Below, piece after piece: positions 51,451 through 63,750 of a stretch of 64,000 bases of DNA. How positions within the stretch are numbered: the first letter of the stretch is position 1; every line of letters begins with the position of its first letter. The notes under the pieces were generated by a model. That model ran no database searches and was not told the DNA's origin. It saw only the letters and a list, made by a program, of their open reading frames with translations. The position numbers and the translations under genes were made by a program. Location: NCBI GenBank assembly GCA_964599475.1, contig CAZRFU010000001.1, positions 33,828 to 97,827 of the forward strand, in the 5' to 3' direction. Source of the DNA: an uncultured Thermoanaerobaculia bacterium (GTDB lineage Bacteria > Acidobacteriota > Thermoanaerobaculia > Multivoradales > CAZRFU01).

Positions 51451-52677
51451 ATGAGTGTCGTCGTTTCCCGTCAAGATGTCGATTCCTGGCATACCGAGCT
51501 CACGATCGAAGTGCCCCAGCCGGCGGTCGAGGCCGAGACCCAGCGCGTTCTCGGGGATTGGCGCAAGAAGGTGAAGATGCCGGGCTTTCGCCAGGGCAAG
51601 GTGCCGGCGAGTGTCGTGCGGCAGCGCTACGCCGAGGAGATCGGTCGCGACGTGGTCGAGCGTTTGGTTGGTCGCTACTGGCAGCAGGCGCAGGCCGAGG
51701 CCGGGATCAAGCCGCTGTTGCCGCCGTTGATCGAGGACATCGAGCACGAGCTCGGGACGAAACTCTCGTTCGTCGCCAAGGTCGACGTGCGTCCCCCGGT
51801 CGAGTTGCGCGAGTTCCGCAGCTGGGAGCTGCCGGAGATGCCGGTCGAGCCGACCGACGAGGAAGTCGATCTGGCTCTCGAAGATCTCCAACGCAGCGCC
51901 GGTGCCTGGCGTGAGGTCGAGCGCCCGGCCGGCCGGGGCGACCGCGTGGTGGGCGAGATCGAGGCCGAGGGTTCCGAGGACGGCCCCCAGCGCCTGCGTG
52001 TCGAAGTGGGCGGGGAGGGGGTCTGGGAGGAGCTGACGCTGGCTCTCACCGGAGTCGTTGCCGGGAGCGAGACGTCGTTCGACCACGGCGACGAGGGCGG
52101 CGCCACGACGCACTACCGAGTCAAGGTCGAGCAGGTCCAAGAGCTCGAGCCGGCGACCATCGACGACGAGCTGGCCAAGAAGCTCGGAGTCGCCGACGCG
52201 GCAGCCCTGCGCGACGCGATCCGGCATCGCCTCGAGCACGGCAAGAAGGATCAGCGTCGACAGCGGCGAGAGCACACCTTTCTCCAACGGCTGGTCGAAG
52301 AGCACCCGCTCGAGCCGTCCGAGCGATTGATCGAAAGCGAGCTGCGGGGGATGCTCGAGGACTACGCGCGCGAGCTTCACGGGCGAGGTGTCGACCTCGA
52401 GCGTGCGGAGCTCGATTGGGCCCGCATCGGCGACGAGATGCGGCCCCAGGCCAAGCGGCGCATCCAGATCCGCTTGCTGCTCGACGCAATCGTCGACGCG
52501 GAAGATGTCGAAGTGCCGGAAGACAAGCTCGAGGCGACGCTCGCGAGCTTGGCCAAGGGGCAGGGCATCAGCGCCGGGCATCTGCGCCAGCACCTCGCTC
52601 GTGATGGGCGCCTGCAGCGTTTGCGCGCCGACCTGGCGCGGCAGACGGCTCTGCTGTCGGTGCTCGAGCCGGCGTGA
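51451..52677 (+). CDS. tig: Trigger factor
   Basis: The 408-aa product has an N-terminal ribosome-binding domain, a PPIase-like middle (GFRQGKVP) and a C-terminal arm. Confidence 0.9.
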   Translation: MSVVVSRQDVDSWHTELTIEVPQPAVEAETQRVLGDWRKKVKMPGFRQGKVPASVVRQRYAEEIGRDVVERLVGRYWQQAQAEAGIKPLLPPLIEDIEHELGTKLSFVAKVDVRPPVELREFRSWELPEMPVEPTDEEVDLALEDLQRSAGAWREVERPAGRGDRVVGEIEAEGSEDGPQRLRVEVGGEGVWEELTLALTGVVAGSETSFDHGDEGGATTHYRVKVEQVQELEPATIDDELAKKLGVADAAALRDAIRHRLEHGKKDQRRQRREHTFLQRLVEEHPLEPSERLIESELRGMLEDYARELHGRGVDLERAELDWARIGDEMRPQAKRRIQIRLLLDAIVDAEDVEVPEDKLEATLASLAKGQGISAGHLRQHLARDGRLQRLRADLARQTALLSVLEPA

Positions 52678-52804
52678 CTGAACGTTTCCCTCCTCTCGTA
52701 CGTATGATCGTGGATATCGGCGGCGCCACGCCCACGGTTCCGCCGCTCACAACCCAGGCCCCGGCTCGAGACCGGGGCCGGCTTCACCCTCAGGAGCGTG
52801 CCTC

Positions 52805-53395
52805 ATGTTGATCCCGATGGTGGTCGAGCAGACCAGCCGCGGCGAGCGTGCCTACGACATCTACTCGCGATTGCTGAAGGACAACATCATCTTCCTCGGC
52901 TCCCCGATCGACGACGATGTCGCCAACCTCGTGATCGCCCAGTTGTTGTTCCTCGAGGCGGAGAATCCCGAGCGGGACATTGCGCTCTACATCAACTCGC
53001 CCGGCGGCTCCATCAGCGCCGGCATGGCGATCTACGACACCATGCAGTACATCAAGCCCGACGTGGCGACGGTGTGTGTGGGGCAGTGTGCGTCGATGGG
53101 GGCGGTGCTGCTGGCGGGCGGAGCCAAGGGCAAGCGTGCCGCGCTTCCCAACAGCAGAGTGTTGATCCATCAGCCGCTGATGTACGGGCTGCAGGGTCAA
53201 CAGACGGACATCGAGATCCATGCCAAGGAACTGCTGCGCACCCGTGATCGCCTCAATCGGATCCTCGCGCACCACACCGGCCAGCCGGTCGAAGAGATTC
53301 ACCAGGCGACCGAACGCGACCGTATCTTCGAGGCCGACGAGGCGCTCGCCTACGGGCTGGTCGACCGCGTGATGCGCGAGCGCAGCGGCGTCTGA
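52805..53395 (+). CDS. clpP: ATP-dependent Clp protease proteolytic subunit
   Basis: The catalytic triad context is [11 protein letters not shown] (Ser), plus His and Asp. Confidence 0.97.
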   Translation: MLIPMVVEQTSRGERAYDIYSRLLKDNIIFLGSPIDDDVANLVIAQLLFLEAENPERDIALYINSPGGSISAGMAIYDTMQYIKPDVATVCVGQCASMGAVLLAGGAKGKRAALPNSRVLIHQPLMYGLQGQQTDIEIHAKELLRTRDRLNRILAHHTGQPVEEIHQATERDRIFEADEALAYGLVDRVMRERSGV

Positions 53396-53515
53396 AACAT
53401 CGGGTGTAGACTTGGAATCGAAGGTCCGGAGGGTTTCGATCCTCCAGTGATCGGACGGTGATCCCACGGCGAGTGGGGCAAGATGACGGCTCCATAGGGT
53501 CGTCGGAGGCAGAAG

Positions 53516-54751
53516 ATGGCGAAGAAAGAATCCAGCGACGACGCTCTGCGGTGCTCGTTCTGCAACAAGAGCCAGCGTGAGGTCAAGAAGCTGATTGCCG
53601 GACCGAGCGTCTTCATCTGCGACGAGTGCGTCGACATCTGTCTCGACATCATCGCCGAGGACCGCATGCTCGAGCAGCAGCAGGAGACCTCGCTGCCGCG
53701 TCCGCAGGAGATCAAGGGGCTGCTCGACGAATACGTCGTCGGCCAGGACCAGGCGAAGAAGAAGCTCGCGGTGGCGGTATACAACCATTACCGCCGCATC
53801 GACTACGCCGAGCGTACTCGCAGCGACGTCGAGTTGCAGAAGTCCAATATCATGCTGATCGGACCGACCGGCACCGGCAAGACCCTGCTCGCGCAGACCT
53901 TGGCCAAGTTGCTGTCGGTGCCGTTCACGATCGCCGATGCCACCACGCTGACCGAAGCCGGGTACGTCGGCGAGGATGTCGAGAACATCATCCTCAAGCT
54001 CTACCAGGCGGCGGGCAACGACAAAGAAAAGACCCAGCGCGGGATCGTCTACATCGACGAGGTCGACAAGATCTGCCGCAAGGGCGACAACCCGTCGATC
54101 ACTCGTGACGTCTCGGGCGAAGGCGTGCAGCAGGCGTTGCTCAAGATCCTCGAGGGCACGATGTGCAACGTGCCGCCGCAGGGAGGGCGCAAGCACCCAC
54201 ACCAAGAGTTTCTGCAGATCGACACCTCGAACATCCTGTTCATCTGTGGTGGTGCGTTCGTCGGCCTCGAGGACCAGATCGCCGCGCGCCTCAACCGCAA
54301 GGGCATGGGCTTCGGTGCCGAGATCAAGGAGCACAAGCAGCGCAAGAGTGGTGAGCTCCTGCCACAGGTGCTGCCCGAGGACCTGATCCGCTACGGACTG
54401 ATTCCCGAGTTCGTCGGCCGATTGCCGGTGGTGGCGACTCTCGACGAGCTCGATGAGGCGGCCTTGGTGCAGATCCTGGTCGAGCCCAAGAACAGCTTGG
54501 TGCGCCAGTACCAGACGATCTTCGGCTTCGAGGACGTCAAGCTCGACTTCACCGAGGGTGCGCTCAAAGCGATCGCCTCCGAGGCGATCAAGCGCAACGT
54601 CGGCGCGCGAGGGCTGCGCATCATTCTCGAGGAACTGATGCTCGATCTGATGTATTCGATTCCGTCGCGGGACGATCTCAAGGAACTGGTGATCGACGAG
54701 GATGCGATTCGCACCAACTCGACCGCCACACTGCTCAAGAAGGCAGGCTGA
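53516..54751 (+). CDS. clpX: ATP-dependent Clp protease ATP-binding subunit ClpX
   Basis: A C4 zinc finger (CSFCNK...CDEC), Walker A (GPTGTGKT) and the pore-loop GYVG are present. Confidence 0.97.
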   Translation: MAKKESSDDALRCSFCNKSQREVKKLIAGPSVFICDECVDICLDIIAEDRMLEQQQETSLPRPQEIKGLLDEYVVGQDQAKKKLAVAVYNHYRRIDYAERTRSDVELQKSNIMLIGPTGTGKTLLAQTLAKLLSVPFTIADATTLTEAGYVGEDVENIILKLYQAAGNDKEKTQRGIVYIDEVDKICRKGDNPSITRDVSGEGVQQALLKILEGTMCNVPPQGGRKHPHQEFLQIDTSNILFICGGAFVGLEDQIAARLNRKGMGFGAEIKEHKQRKSGELLPQVLPEDLIRYGLIPEFVGRLPVVATLDELDEAALVQILVEPKNSLVRQYQTIFGFEDVKLDFTEGALKAIASEAIKRNVGARGLRIILEELMLDLMYSIPSRDDLKELVIDEDAIRTNSTATLLKKAG

Positions 54752-54756
54752 TTCGA

Positions 54757-57189
54757 GTGGAAGATCACGACCGGATGACTTGGCTTTCGTCGTCACAGGC
54801 GCGGTTGGCGGTGGTGCCGCTGCGCGACATGGTGATCTTCCCGCACATGATGGCGCCGTTCATCGTCGGCCGCGGGCCGTCGGTCAGGGCTCTCGATGTG
54901 GCGCTCGCCGACCCCGAGCGACGCCTGTTCCTGGTGGCGCAACGAGATCCCAAAGTCGACGAGCCCAACCGCGGTGATCTCTACGAGATCGGTGTGGTGG
55001 CGCGGATCGTTCAGAACCTGAGGCTGCCGAACGGCAACGTCAAGGTGATGGTCGAAGGCTTGCAGCGGGCCAAGCTCGTCACCCTCGAGCAGGTGGATGG
55101 GGCCAGTGTCGCCGACGTCGAGGTGTACGCCGTCGACTTCCCGGCGACCGAAGCCCTCGAGACCTACATGGGCCGCGTGCTCCAGCTTTTCGAGCAGTAC
55201 GCCAAAGCCTCCCATCACCTCGCGTTCGAAAGCCTCGCCGCCACCCTCAAGACCGACGATCCCGATCGCTTCGCCGATACTCTGGCATCGCATCTGGGGG
55301 TGGGCACGACGGGGCTCGGCACGGCCGACCGGCAAACGCTGCTCGAGCTCCTGAGCCCCGCCCGCCGACTGCTGCGCCTCCATGACCTGCTCGATCTCGA
55401 GCTCGAGAAGCTCTCGATCGAGAAGCGCGTCAACGTGCAGGTCAAGAAGCAGATGGAGCGGGCGCAGAAGGAGTACTACCTCAACGAGAAAATCAAGGCG
55501 ATCAACCAGGAGCTCGGTCGTCGCGACGACCGCGCCGACGAGCTCGCCGAGTTGCGCGAGCGGGTCGAAAAGGCCGGGCTTCCGGAAGAGGTCAAGGCCA
55601 AAGCCGAGCAAGAGCTCAAGCGCTTGGAGGCGATGCCGCCGGTGTCCGCCGAGGCAACCGTCTCGCGCAACTACCTCGAGTGGTTGGTCAGCGTGCCCTG
55701 GACCAAACGCAGCCGCGAGCTCAAGGACCTGGCCAAAGCGCAGCAGATCCTGGACGCCGACCACTTCGGTCTGGAGAAGATCAAGGAGCGCATCCTCGAG
55801 TTCCTCGCGGTGCGCCAGCTGACCAAGAAGACCCAAAGCTCGATCATCTGCTTCGTCGGTCCTCCCGGCGTGGGCAAGTCGTCGCTCGCGAAGTCGATCG
55901 CGGAAGCGACGGGTAGGCGCTTCGTGCGGCTGTCGCTCGGCGGCGTGCGCGACGAAGCCGAGATTCGTGGCCATCGGCGGACCTACATCGGCGCCTTCCC
56001 GGGTCAGATCATCCAGATGATGAAGAAGGCTGGGACCATCAATCCGGTGTTCCTGCTCGACGAGGTCGACAAGATGTCGATGGACTTCCGCGGCGACCCC
56101 TCCGCAGCGCTGCTCGAGGTACTCGACCCGGAGCAGAACGACGCCTTCGTCGATCACTACTTGGACGTCGAGTACGACCTTTCGAAGGTGATGTTCATCG
56201 CCACCGCCAACGTGCTCCATCCGATTCCGGCACCGCTGCGAGATCGTATGGAGGTGATCCAGCTCACCGGCTACACCCTCAACGAGAAGCTCGCGATCGC
56301 TCAGGGTTTCCTCGTCCTCAAGCAGCTCGAGAATCACGGGTTGAGTACCGATCTGGTGACCTTCGAGGACGAGAGCGTGCGTTCGCTGATCGAGGGCTAC
56401 ACGCGCGAGGCGGGGGTGCGCAACCTCGAGCGCCAGGTGGCGGCGGTGTGTCGCAAGCTCGCCCGTCGGGTGGTCCAGACGGCCGGTGAACATCCGCCGA
56501 TCGTCGTCACCCCGGCGCTGGTCGCCGAGTTGCTGGGAGCCGCCAAGTTCCGGCCGCGGCGCAAGAACGAAACGTCCGAGGTCGGCGTGGCCACCGGGCT
56601 TGCCTGGACCGAGGCCGGTGGCGATCTGCTCGAGACCGAAATCGGCGTGATGCCAGGCAAGGGACGATTGACGCTCACCGGCCAGCTCGGCGAGGTGATG
56701 CAGGAGTCCGCCCGTGCCGCCCTGTCCTATCTGCGCAGTCGCTCCGAGTTGCTGCACATCGATCCCGAGGTCAGCGAGAAGCGCGATCTCCACGTCCACG
56801 TTCCGGAGGGCGCCATCCCCAAGGACGGGCCGTCGGCAGGTATCACCATGGCAACCGCCCTGGTTTCGGCGCTGACCGGGATTCCGGTGCGCAAGGACGT
56901 CGCGATGACCGGTGAGATCACCCTGCGCGGCAAGGTCTTGCCAGTGGGCGGGATCAAGGATAAAGTTCTGGCCGCCTACCGCGCCGGCCTCACCGAAATC
57001 GTGCTCCCCAAGGAGAACGAGAAGGATCTCGAGGATATCCCGGCCGAGGTTCGCGAGACGTTGACCTTCCACCTGGTCGAATCCATGGACGAAGTGCTCC
57101 GGCTCGCGCTCGACGGTGACCTCGCGTCGCCGACGGGGCGCGGAGGTTTCCCAGAGCCGAAGCCCTCGGCAGACACCATCGCTCACTGA
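54757..57189 (+). CDS. lon: Lon protease
   Basis: The Lon N-domain, AAA+ module (GPPGVGKSS) and the protease Ser-Lys dyad ([10 protein letters not shown]) are present. Confidence 0.97.
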   Translation: MEDHDRMTWLSSSQARLAVVPLRDMVIFPHMMAPFIVGRGPSVRALDVALADPERRLFLVAQRDPKVDEPNRGDLYEIGVVARIVQNLRLPNGNVKVMVEGLQRAKLVTLEQVDGASVADVEVYAVDFPATEALETYMGRVLQLFEQYAKASHHLAFESLAATLKTDDPDRFADTLASHLGVGTTGLGTADRQTLLELLSPARRLLRLHDLLDLELEKLSIEKRVNVQVKKQMERAQKEYYLNEKIKAINQELGRRDDRADELAELRERVEKAGLPEEVKAKAEQELKRLEAMPPVSAEATVSRNYLEWLVSVPWTKRSRELKDLAKAQQILDADHFGLEKIKERILEFLAVRQLTKKTQSSIICFVGPPGVGKSSLAKSIAEATGRRFVRLSLGGVRDEAEIRGHRRTYIGAFPGQIIQMMKKAGTINPVFLLDEVDKMSMDFRGDPSAALLEVLDPEQNDAFVDHYLDVEYDLSKVMFIATANVLHPIPAPLRDRMEVIQLTGYTLNEKLAIAQGFLVLKQLENHGLSTDLVTFEDESVRSLIEGYTREAGVRNLERQVAAVCRKLARRVVQTAGEHPPIVVTPALVAELLGAAKFRPRRKNETSEVGVATGLAWTEAGGDLLETEIGVMPGKGRLTLTGQLGEVMQESARAALSYLRSRSELLHIDPEVSEKRDLHVHVPEGAIPKDGPSAGITMATALVSALTGIPVRKDVAMTGEITLRGKVLPVGGIKDKVLAAYRAGLTEIVLPKENEKDLEDIPAEVRETLTFHLVESMDEVLRLALDGDLASPTGRGGFPEPKPSADTIAH

Positions 57190-57295
57190 CCCCACATCGA
57201 CGAGTCCAGCTCCGAGCTGTGGGGTTTCCCGCCGCGGATCCTCCCGGATTCGCTCCTTCCGATCTCCCCTTTTCCCATTCCGAAGGTACGAGTCC

Positions 57296-57904
57296 ATGCG
57301 CGGACGAGTCACCACTGCGGACTTTGTGCGAGGCGCCCACGATGCCAAGAGCTTCGTCGCGGACGGTCGGCCGGAGTGTGCCTTGGTGGGGCGTTCGAAC
57401 GTGGGCAAGTCGAGCCTGCTCAATCGCTTGGTGGGTCGCAAGGGGTTGGCGCGCGTCAGCTCGACTCCCGGACGCACTCAGGCCGTCAACTACTTCCTGA
57501 TCGACCAGAGCGCCTATCTCGTCGATCTCCCAGGCTACGGCTACGCCAAGACCAGCAAGCAGAATCGCCAGACCTTTGCGGCGCTGACCGAGGCCTACTT
57601 GGTGCACAAGGGCAGGGACCCACGTTTTGCTCTCGTGCAGCTGGTCGATGGCGTGATCGGCGCGACCGAGCTCGACCAGCAGGCGCACCAGTGGTTCCGC
57701 GACGTCGGCGTCGAGCCGATCGTCGTCGCGACCAAGATCGACCGTGTCAAGCCCGGGCAACGCCGGGCGTCCATGGCGGGGATCTCCGCCACTCTCGACC
57801 TCGACCCCAACCACCCGCCGCTCTTCGTGTCCGCCAAGACCGGAGAGGGGATCTCCGATTTGTGGAAAGCCATCAACGCACGCCACGACCACGACGTGCG
57901 GTGA
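57296..57904 (+). CDS. engB: Ribosome-biogenesis GTPase EngB/YihA
   Basis: The start is ATG at 57296. The G1 motif is GRSNVGKSS, and DLPGYG and TKIDR are present. Confidence 0.85.
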   Translation: MRGRVTTADFVRGAHDAKSFVADGRPECALVGRSNVGKSSLLNRLVGRKGLARVSSTPGRTQAVNYFLIDQSAYLVDLPGYGYAKTSKQNRQTFAALTEAYLVHKGRDPRFALVQLVDGVIGATELDQQAHQWFRDVGVEPIVVATKIDRVKPGQRRASMAGISATLDLDPNHPPLFVSAKTGEGISDLWKAINARHDHDVR

Positions 57905-57914
57905 GGAGCCAATC

Positions 57915-59264
<1,350 letters not shown>

Positions 59265-59267
59265 CTA

Positions 59268-59330
59268 GGGGACCCGGGACCCGGGACCCGGGATCCGGAC
59301 CTAACCCCTAACCCCGAACCCCGAACCCCT
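59268..59330. repeat. Tandem (GGGACCC)4 + (AACCCCT/GAACCCC) array
   Basis: The sequence is gggacccgggacccgggacccgggatcc ... taacccctaaccccgaaccccgaacccc. Confidence 0.7.
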
Positions 59331-60166
59331 TGTTCTGCTCCATCGACCTCGCCGCCCGAATCGAAGCCTCCGAAGTCGAGTTGCTCCGCTCTGCGGCCCA
59401 GGTGGCTCGCGCGCGAGGTGTCACCGATGTGCTCGCGCTCGATGTCGGCGGAGGCATTGCGGTGTGGATCGAGGCCGGCTCGCCGCTGTGCAAGGTCGCC
59501 GGACTCGGTTTCTCGGGCGACTTCGATGTGGCGGCTCTCGGCCCCGCGGAGGAACACTTCGCCCGCCACGGTGCTGCGCTCCAGGTCGAGTTGTCGAGCC
59601 TGGCGGATCCAACCGTTGCGCCGAGCTTGTGTGATCGTGGGTATCGGCTGGTTGGCTTCGAGAACGTCCTCGGTCGACCTCTCGAGGGCCGCGTTCTCGA
59701 GGCGGGGACCGGCTCTGTCGAGGTGCGCGAGAGTCCCGCGGCGGAGCTCGGCCAGTGGCTCGAGCTGTCGATCACCGGCTTTGCCACCCCGGACGATCGG
59801 GGCATCGCCTCGCGCGATGTCTTTCCTCGCGACGTGCTCGAGCGGGCGATGACCGACCTCGTGCGCTGCGACGGCATGAAGCGGTACATCGCGGCGGTCG
59901 ACGGTGCGGACGCCGGGGCCGGAGCGATGCGACTGTCTGCGCATGGCATTGCCCAGATGTGTGGCGCCGCAACCGTGCCGCAGCTTCGTCGGCGGGGAGT
60001 CCAGAACGCTTTGCTTCGCCGCCGGCTCGAGGTCGCGGCGCAGGCCGGCTGCGACCTTGCCACGGTGACCACCCAGCCGGGCTCGACCTCGCAGCAGAAC
60101 GTTGGGCGACACGGGTTCGAGCTGCTCTACGTGCGCGCCATCCTGGTCCGCGAGCCCGAACGCTGA
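59330..60166 (+). CDS. GNAT-family acetyltransferase-like protein
   Basis: The C-terminal half has an acetyl-CoA-binding motif A-like region (QLRRRGVQNALLRRRLEVAAQAGCD). The start is the TTG at 59330, which is uncertain. Confidence 0.5.
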   Translation: MFCSIDLAARIEASEVELLRSAAQVARARGVTDVLALDVGGGIAVWIEAGSPLCKVAGLGFSGDFDVAALGPAEEHFARHGAALQVELSSLADPTVAPSLCDRGYRLVGFENVLGRPLEGRVLEAGTGSVEVRESPAAELGQWLELSITGFATPDDRGIASRDVFPRDVLERAMTDLVRCDGMKRYIAAVDGADAGAGAMRLSAHGIAQMCGAATVPQLRRRGVQNALLRRRLEVAAQAGCDLATVTTQPGSTSQQNVGRHGFELLYVRAILVREPER

Positions 60167-60250
60167 CGGGGCCCTTTGTGGAGTCTGCGTTGTCCGTGGT
60201 GCGTCATCGCCTCGGACCTGACGCACACCCTCAGGCTCCCCTCAGCTGCG

Positions 60251-60280
60251 ATCCCCGTACCCAGTACCCGGTACCCAATC
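60251..60280. repeat. Short (GTACCC) tandem units
   Basis: The sequence is gatccccgtacccagtacccggtaccc. Confidence 0.5.
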
Positions 60281-60290
60281 CCTCGTCCTG

Positions 60291-60938
60291 TTACCCTCCC
60301 AACTCGAGACTTGCGTCCGCGAGCCCCGGCGAGGTGGCTGGCCGCAGAGCTCTGATGAGGATCACGTGGGTCATGCCGTAGGCAACCACCGACATCGCCC
60401 CCACGACGATGACCAGGTGGAGCACCGGAGGCCCGAGCTGCTGTCCCCAGAAGGGGTCGCGGAAGGCGAAATTGACGTTCTCGGCTGGATCGGTTGCGAG
60501 GCGTGCGAGGACGATCCCCGATCCGGCAATGCCGGACTGCAGCGCCCATCCGCGGCGGTCGTAGCCGGTCTGGACGAGGCACCAGACCACCAGCACCGGC
60601 CAGCCCAGGTGGTAGAGCGACAGCAACCGGGTGAACAGGGGGTACTGTGGATCCCACATGTAGGCGGTGCCGCCGAACAGGAAGGATCCGGTGGTCACCC
60701 GCGTTCCGGCATCGAGGGCCCACACCAGACCGATGATCGGCGCTGCGACGGCTTGGCTCGAAACCACCAGACGGTTGCCGACGAAGATCGCCAGCGCAGT
60801 CAGGGTCACGCCGAGGTTGCACAGGAAGAGAAAGTTGGTTGCGGGATAGGCGAGGGCGTAGGCGGGCACGTAGACCACCATCCACACCAATGCGACCCAC
60901 CTCAGGGTTGGCCAGGGGTGGCGCCGAGCTGCATCCAT
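60291..60938 (-). CDS. Hypothetical integral membrane protein (about 6 TM)
   Basis: Hydrophobicity pattern only; no recognisable motif. Confidence 0.4.
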   Translation of the reverse strand: MDAARRHPWPTLRWVALVWMVVYVPAYALAYPATNFLFLCNLGVTLTALAIFVGNRLVVSSQAVAAPIIGLVWALDAGTRVTTGSFLFGGTAYMWDPQYPLFTRLLSLYHLGWPVLVVWCLVQTGYDRRGWALQSGIAGSGIVLARLATDPAENVNFAFRDPFWGQQLGPPVLHLVIVVGAMSVVAYGMTHVILIRALRPATSPGLADASLELGG

Positions 60939-61002
60939 CGCGCCATTCTATGCCGCAGATTGCCGGCCGACCTCGTCGTCCGAGAGGTGGCCGGCGGTCT
61001 GA

Positions 61003-62160
61003 TCAGTAGCGCAGCCGCGCGGCCAGGGGCGGCGTCGCCTTGGATCTTGCGGTGTCTGCGAGGACGACAACCTCGCCGCCGAGGGCCAGCGTGTGGTGGA
61101 CGGCCAAGTCGAGGAGATCCTCGTCGCCAGGTTGGTTCTCCGGGTGAATCTCCGTGGAGGCGTTGGTGGCGTCGTAGCGGCCCCAGATCGCCTGTGGGGT
61201 CGGAGCAAACAGCGTCGCGACGCGCCCTTCGACGGCGGCAGTGACGACACTGGCAGCATCGGTGGCGACGCGATCACGCTGAGGGATTTCGCGCAGCTGC
61301 GTGAGCGAGGCCTCGTCGCGCCGGCGCCAGGCGTCGTGGGCCAGGGCGCGAGCTTTGGTCGCCAGCTCGCGGTCTGAGATCCGATCGGGGTTCCCGTTGA
61401 GCTTGGCCAGCACCTCGAGGTCCGGATTGGCCCGCTCGAACAGCGGCTGATGTTCCTCGACAGCAGCGAGCACCACCGGAGCGTGAGCGGCCGTGAGGTC
61501 GCCGAGGGCTGCGCCGACCCGGCGGAAGAAGGTAACCAGGTCGGTCTCCCAGCGCTCCTCGTCGTCGTCTCCGTGGCCGTGCACGATGGGGGCCTGTCGG
61601 GCCAAGCCGCGGGGTCCTGCACCATGGCCGTGGAGCTCGCTGTGGTACTGCAGATCGCCGAGTGCCGCGGCCATGGTCGCTGGCAAGCTCGGAAGGTTCA
61701 CCGGGCTGGCTCCGTCGGTGCCCACCTCGAGAAGGCGAACCTGGTTCACGCTCAGGGCAAGGACGTAGACGGTTTCGAACCGGGGAATCGTGGCGAGCAG
61801 CGGCGCGACTCGGAAACGCACGGGGTGGATGGAGACCTCGGGCTCGAACGCGACGTCCGAAACCAGCACCTGCAACTCGCCGGGAGCCAGGAACACGGCA
61901 AGCCCGTGCGCGGTGGGCGGGGCGTCCGCTGCGAGGGAATCGAGCCCTGGCAGTGACTCCAGGAGTCGTCGAGCGATGGGGGATTCGGCCTCTGCTTCAG
62001 CGATGAGGCTTTGGGCTCGGGCTCGGAGATCGGCGAGACGTTGGTGTTGGCCGTAGATCTGCGATCCGGAAGGCCGAATCGGGGCATACAGAGAAAGGCA
62101 CGGGCCGGTTCGTTCGGGAACCAGGTCGAGGAGCTTGGCTTGCGTCGCGTGTTGGTACAT
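61003..62160 (-). CDS. Conserved hypothetical protein (385 aa); a possible eRF1/Pelota-like (baeRF-type) fold is speculative
   Basis: It has no TM segment and a three-segment organisation with an HGHGAGPRG loop in the centre. The family was not identified with confidence. Confidence 0.4.
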   Translation of the reverse strand: MYQHATQAKLLDLVPERTGPCLSLYAPIRPSGSQIYGQHQRLADLRARAQSLIAEAEAESPIARRLLESLPGLDSLAADAPPTAHGLAVFLAPGELQVLVSDVAFEPEVSIHPVRFRVAPLLATIPRFETVYVLALSVNQVRLLEVGTDGASPVNLPSLPATMAAALGDLQYHSELHGHGAGPRGLARQAPIVHGHGDDDEERWETDLVTFFRRVGAALGDLTAAHAPVVLAAVEEHQPLFERANPDLEVLAKLNGNPDRISDRELATKARALAHDAWRRRDEASLTQLREIPQRDRVATDAASVVTAAVEGRVATLFAPTPQAIWGRYDATNASTEIHPENQPGDEDLLDLAVHHTLALGGEVVVLADTARSKATPPLAARLRY

Positions 62161-62267
62161 TGCACACCTCCGAGATCAGCCTACGGCCGGTACCGCGAGA
62201 CCAACCCACCCGCCGGTGCGAACTTCTGGTCCGCGCGCTGAGGCTGCCCGCCCCGGGGCGTGGCGCG

Positions 62268-63272
62268 CTACTCGCGCCCGATACGGACGATCAGCTTGCC
62301 TCGCTTCGAGCCGTCGAACAGCCGAGTCAGAGCGGCCGGGGCGTTTTCGAGCCCGTCGACGATCTCGTCGCGGCTCGTGATCTTGCCGGCGGCGAGCCAG
62401 GCTCCCAGCTGAGCCAGGGCTTCGGGGTAGCGCTTGCGGTAGTCGAAGATCACGAAGCCTTCCATCCGCGCCCGGTTGACCAGCAGCGAGAGGTAGTTCG
62501 CAGGGCCGGGCACGGGCTCGGTGGCGTTGTACTGGGAGATGGCGCCGCAGACGACCACCCGGGCGCCGCGTCGTAGGCGTGCGAGCGCGGCGTCGAGGAT
62601 CGTCCCGCCGACATTGTCGAAGTAGACGTCGATGCCTTCGGGGCAGGTCTCCTTCAGCCGTTTGCCGACGTCCTCGTTCTTGTAGTCGATGGCCGCATCG
62701 AAGCCGAGATCCGCGGTGATCCAGCGACACTGATCAGGACCCCCGGCGATTCCTACGACCCGGCAGCCGAGGATCTTGCCGATCTGCCCTACGACCGAGC
62801 CCACCGCACCGGCGGCCGCCGACACGACGATGGTCTCACCGGCTTGGGGCTTGCCGACGTCGAGAAGGCCAAAGTAGGCGGTCAGGCCGGTCATCCCGAG
62901 GGGGCCGAGGAACAGCGGCAGCGGGAGTCCCGGCGGGAGCTTTTGGAGCTCCTTGGCGCCGGCCACTGCCCACTGTTGCCAGCCGAGGGCACCCGATACC
63001 CGATCGCCGGGAGCGAAGTCCGGGTGATTCGATACCGTGACCCGGCCAACCACCAGGCCACGCATCACCGCTCCGATCGCAACCGGCTCGATGTAGGACT
63101 TGCGATCGGTCATCCAGCCGCGCATGGCCGGGTCGAGCGACAGGTAGAGGTTCTCGACCAGGACTTGGCCGTCTTCCGGTGTCGGAACGGCTTCCGTCGT
63201 GGTGTCGAAGTCGGAAGCCTTGGGCAGACCGACCGGCCGGGCAGCGAGACGAATCTGGAGATTGTCAGTCAC
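62268..63272 (-). CDS. NADP-dependent oxidoreductase, MDR superfamily (prostaglandin-reductase/YncB-like)
   Basis: The nucleotide-binding motif AAGAVGSVVGQIGK and the PTGR-like N-terminus are present. Confidence 0.85.
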   Translation of the reverse strand: MTDNLQIRLAARPVGLPKASDFDTTTEAVPTPEDGQVLVENLYLSLDPAMRGWMTDRKSYIEPVAIGAVMRGLVVGRVTVSNHPDFAPGDRVSGALGWQQWAVAGAKELQKLPPGLPLPLFLGPLGMTGLTAYFGLLDVGKPQAGETIVVSAAAGAVGSVVGQIGKILGCRVVGIAGGPDQCRWITADLGFDAAIDYKNEDVGKRLKETCPEGIDVYFDNVGGTILDAALARLRRGARVVVCGAISQYNATEPVPGPANYLSLLVNRARMEGFVIFDYRKRYPEALAQLGAWLAAGKITSRDEIVDGLENAPAALTRLFDGSKRGKLIVRIGRE

Positions 63273-63750
63273 GGGGAGCTCCCAGGAAGTCGTTGGATCT
63301 GGTCATGGGGAAGTCGATCGCCCGTTCGCGGCCATCGAGCTTTCCTTCTATCCGAGCGCTGAGCCGTTCGCCGTCGAGACGTCGGTAGATGATCCGCTGC
63401 GGGAAGTCGTGATCGGGGTTCTCGAACACCACGTGGCTCTCGCCGATCTCGACCACCGAGAAGTGCGTCTCGGCTTGGCCGGATGGCACCGCCACGTAGG
63501 CCAGGCGTCCGGGCTCGACCTCGCGGATCGACAGATGCTCGAAAGCGACGGTGCGATCACCGCGGACTGTGCGGCTGACACCGAACATCGTCCCACCCTC
63601 GGGGCTGAGCCAGCACTCGCCAGAGCCGGCATCTCGGCCTTCGCTCGCCCAGCAGCCTGTGAGCCAGATCAGCTGTTCGATCGTTGGAGGTGCCGGTTTG
63701 GGCGGCGTGTCGGCCGCGAGTGCTACTGCCACGGCAATGAGCCAACTCAT
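63265..63750 (-). CDS. Hypothetical secreted protein (DUF6265-like)
   Basis: It has a signal peptide (MSWLIAVAVALAADTP). Its start overlaps the upstream gene's stop by 4 nt. Confidence 0.4.
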   Translation of the reverse strand: MSWLIAVAVALAADTPPKPAPPTIEQLIWLTGCWASEGRDAGSGECWLSPEGGTMFGVSRTVRGDRTVAFEHLSIREVEPGRLAYVAVPSGQAETHFSVVEIGESHVVFENPDHDFPQRIIYRRLDGERLSARIEGKLDGRERAIDFPMTRSNDFLGAPRD

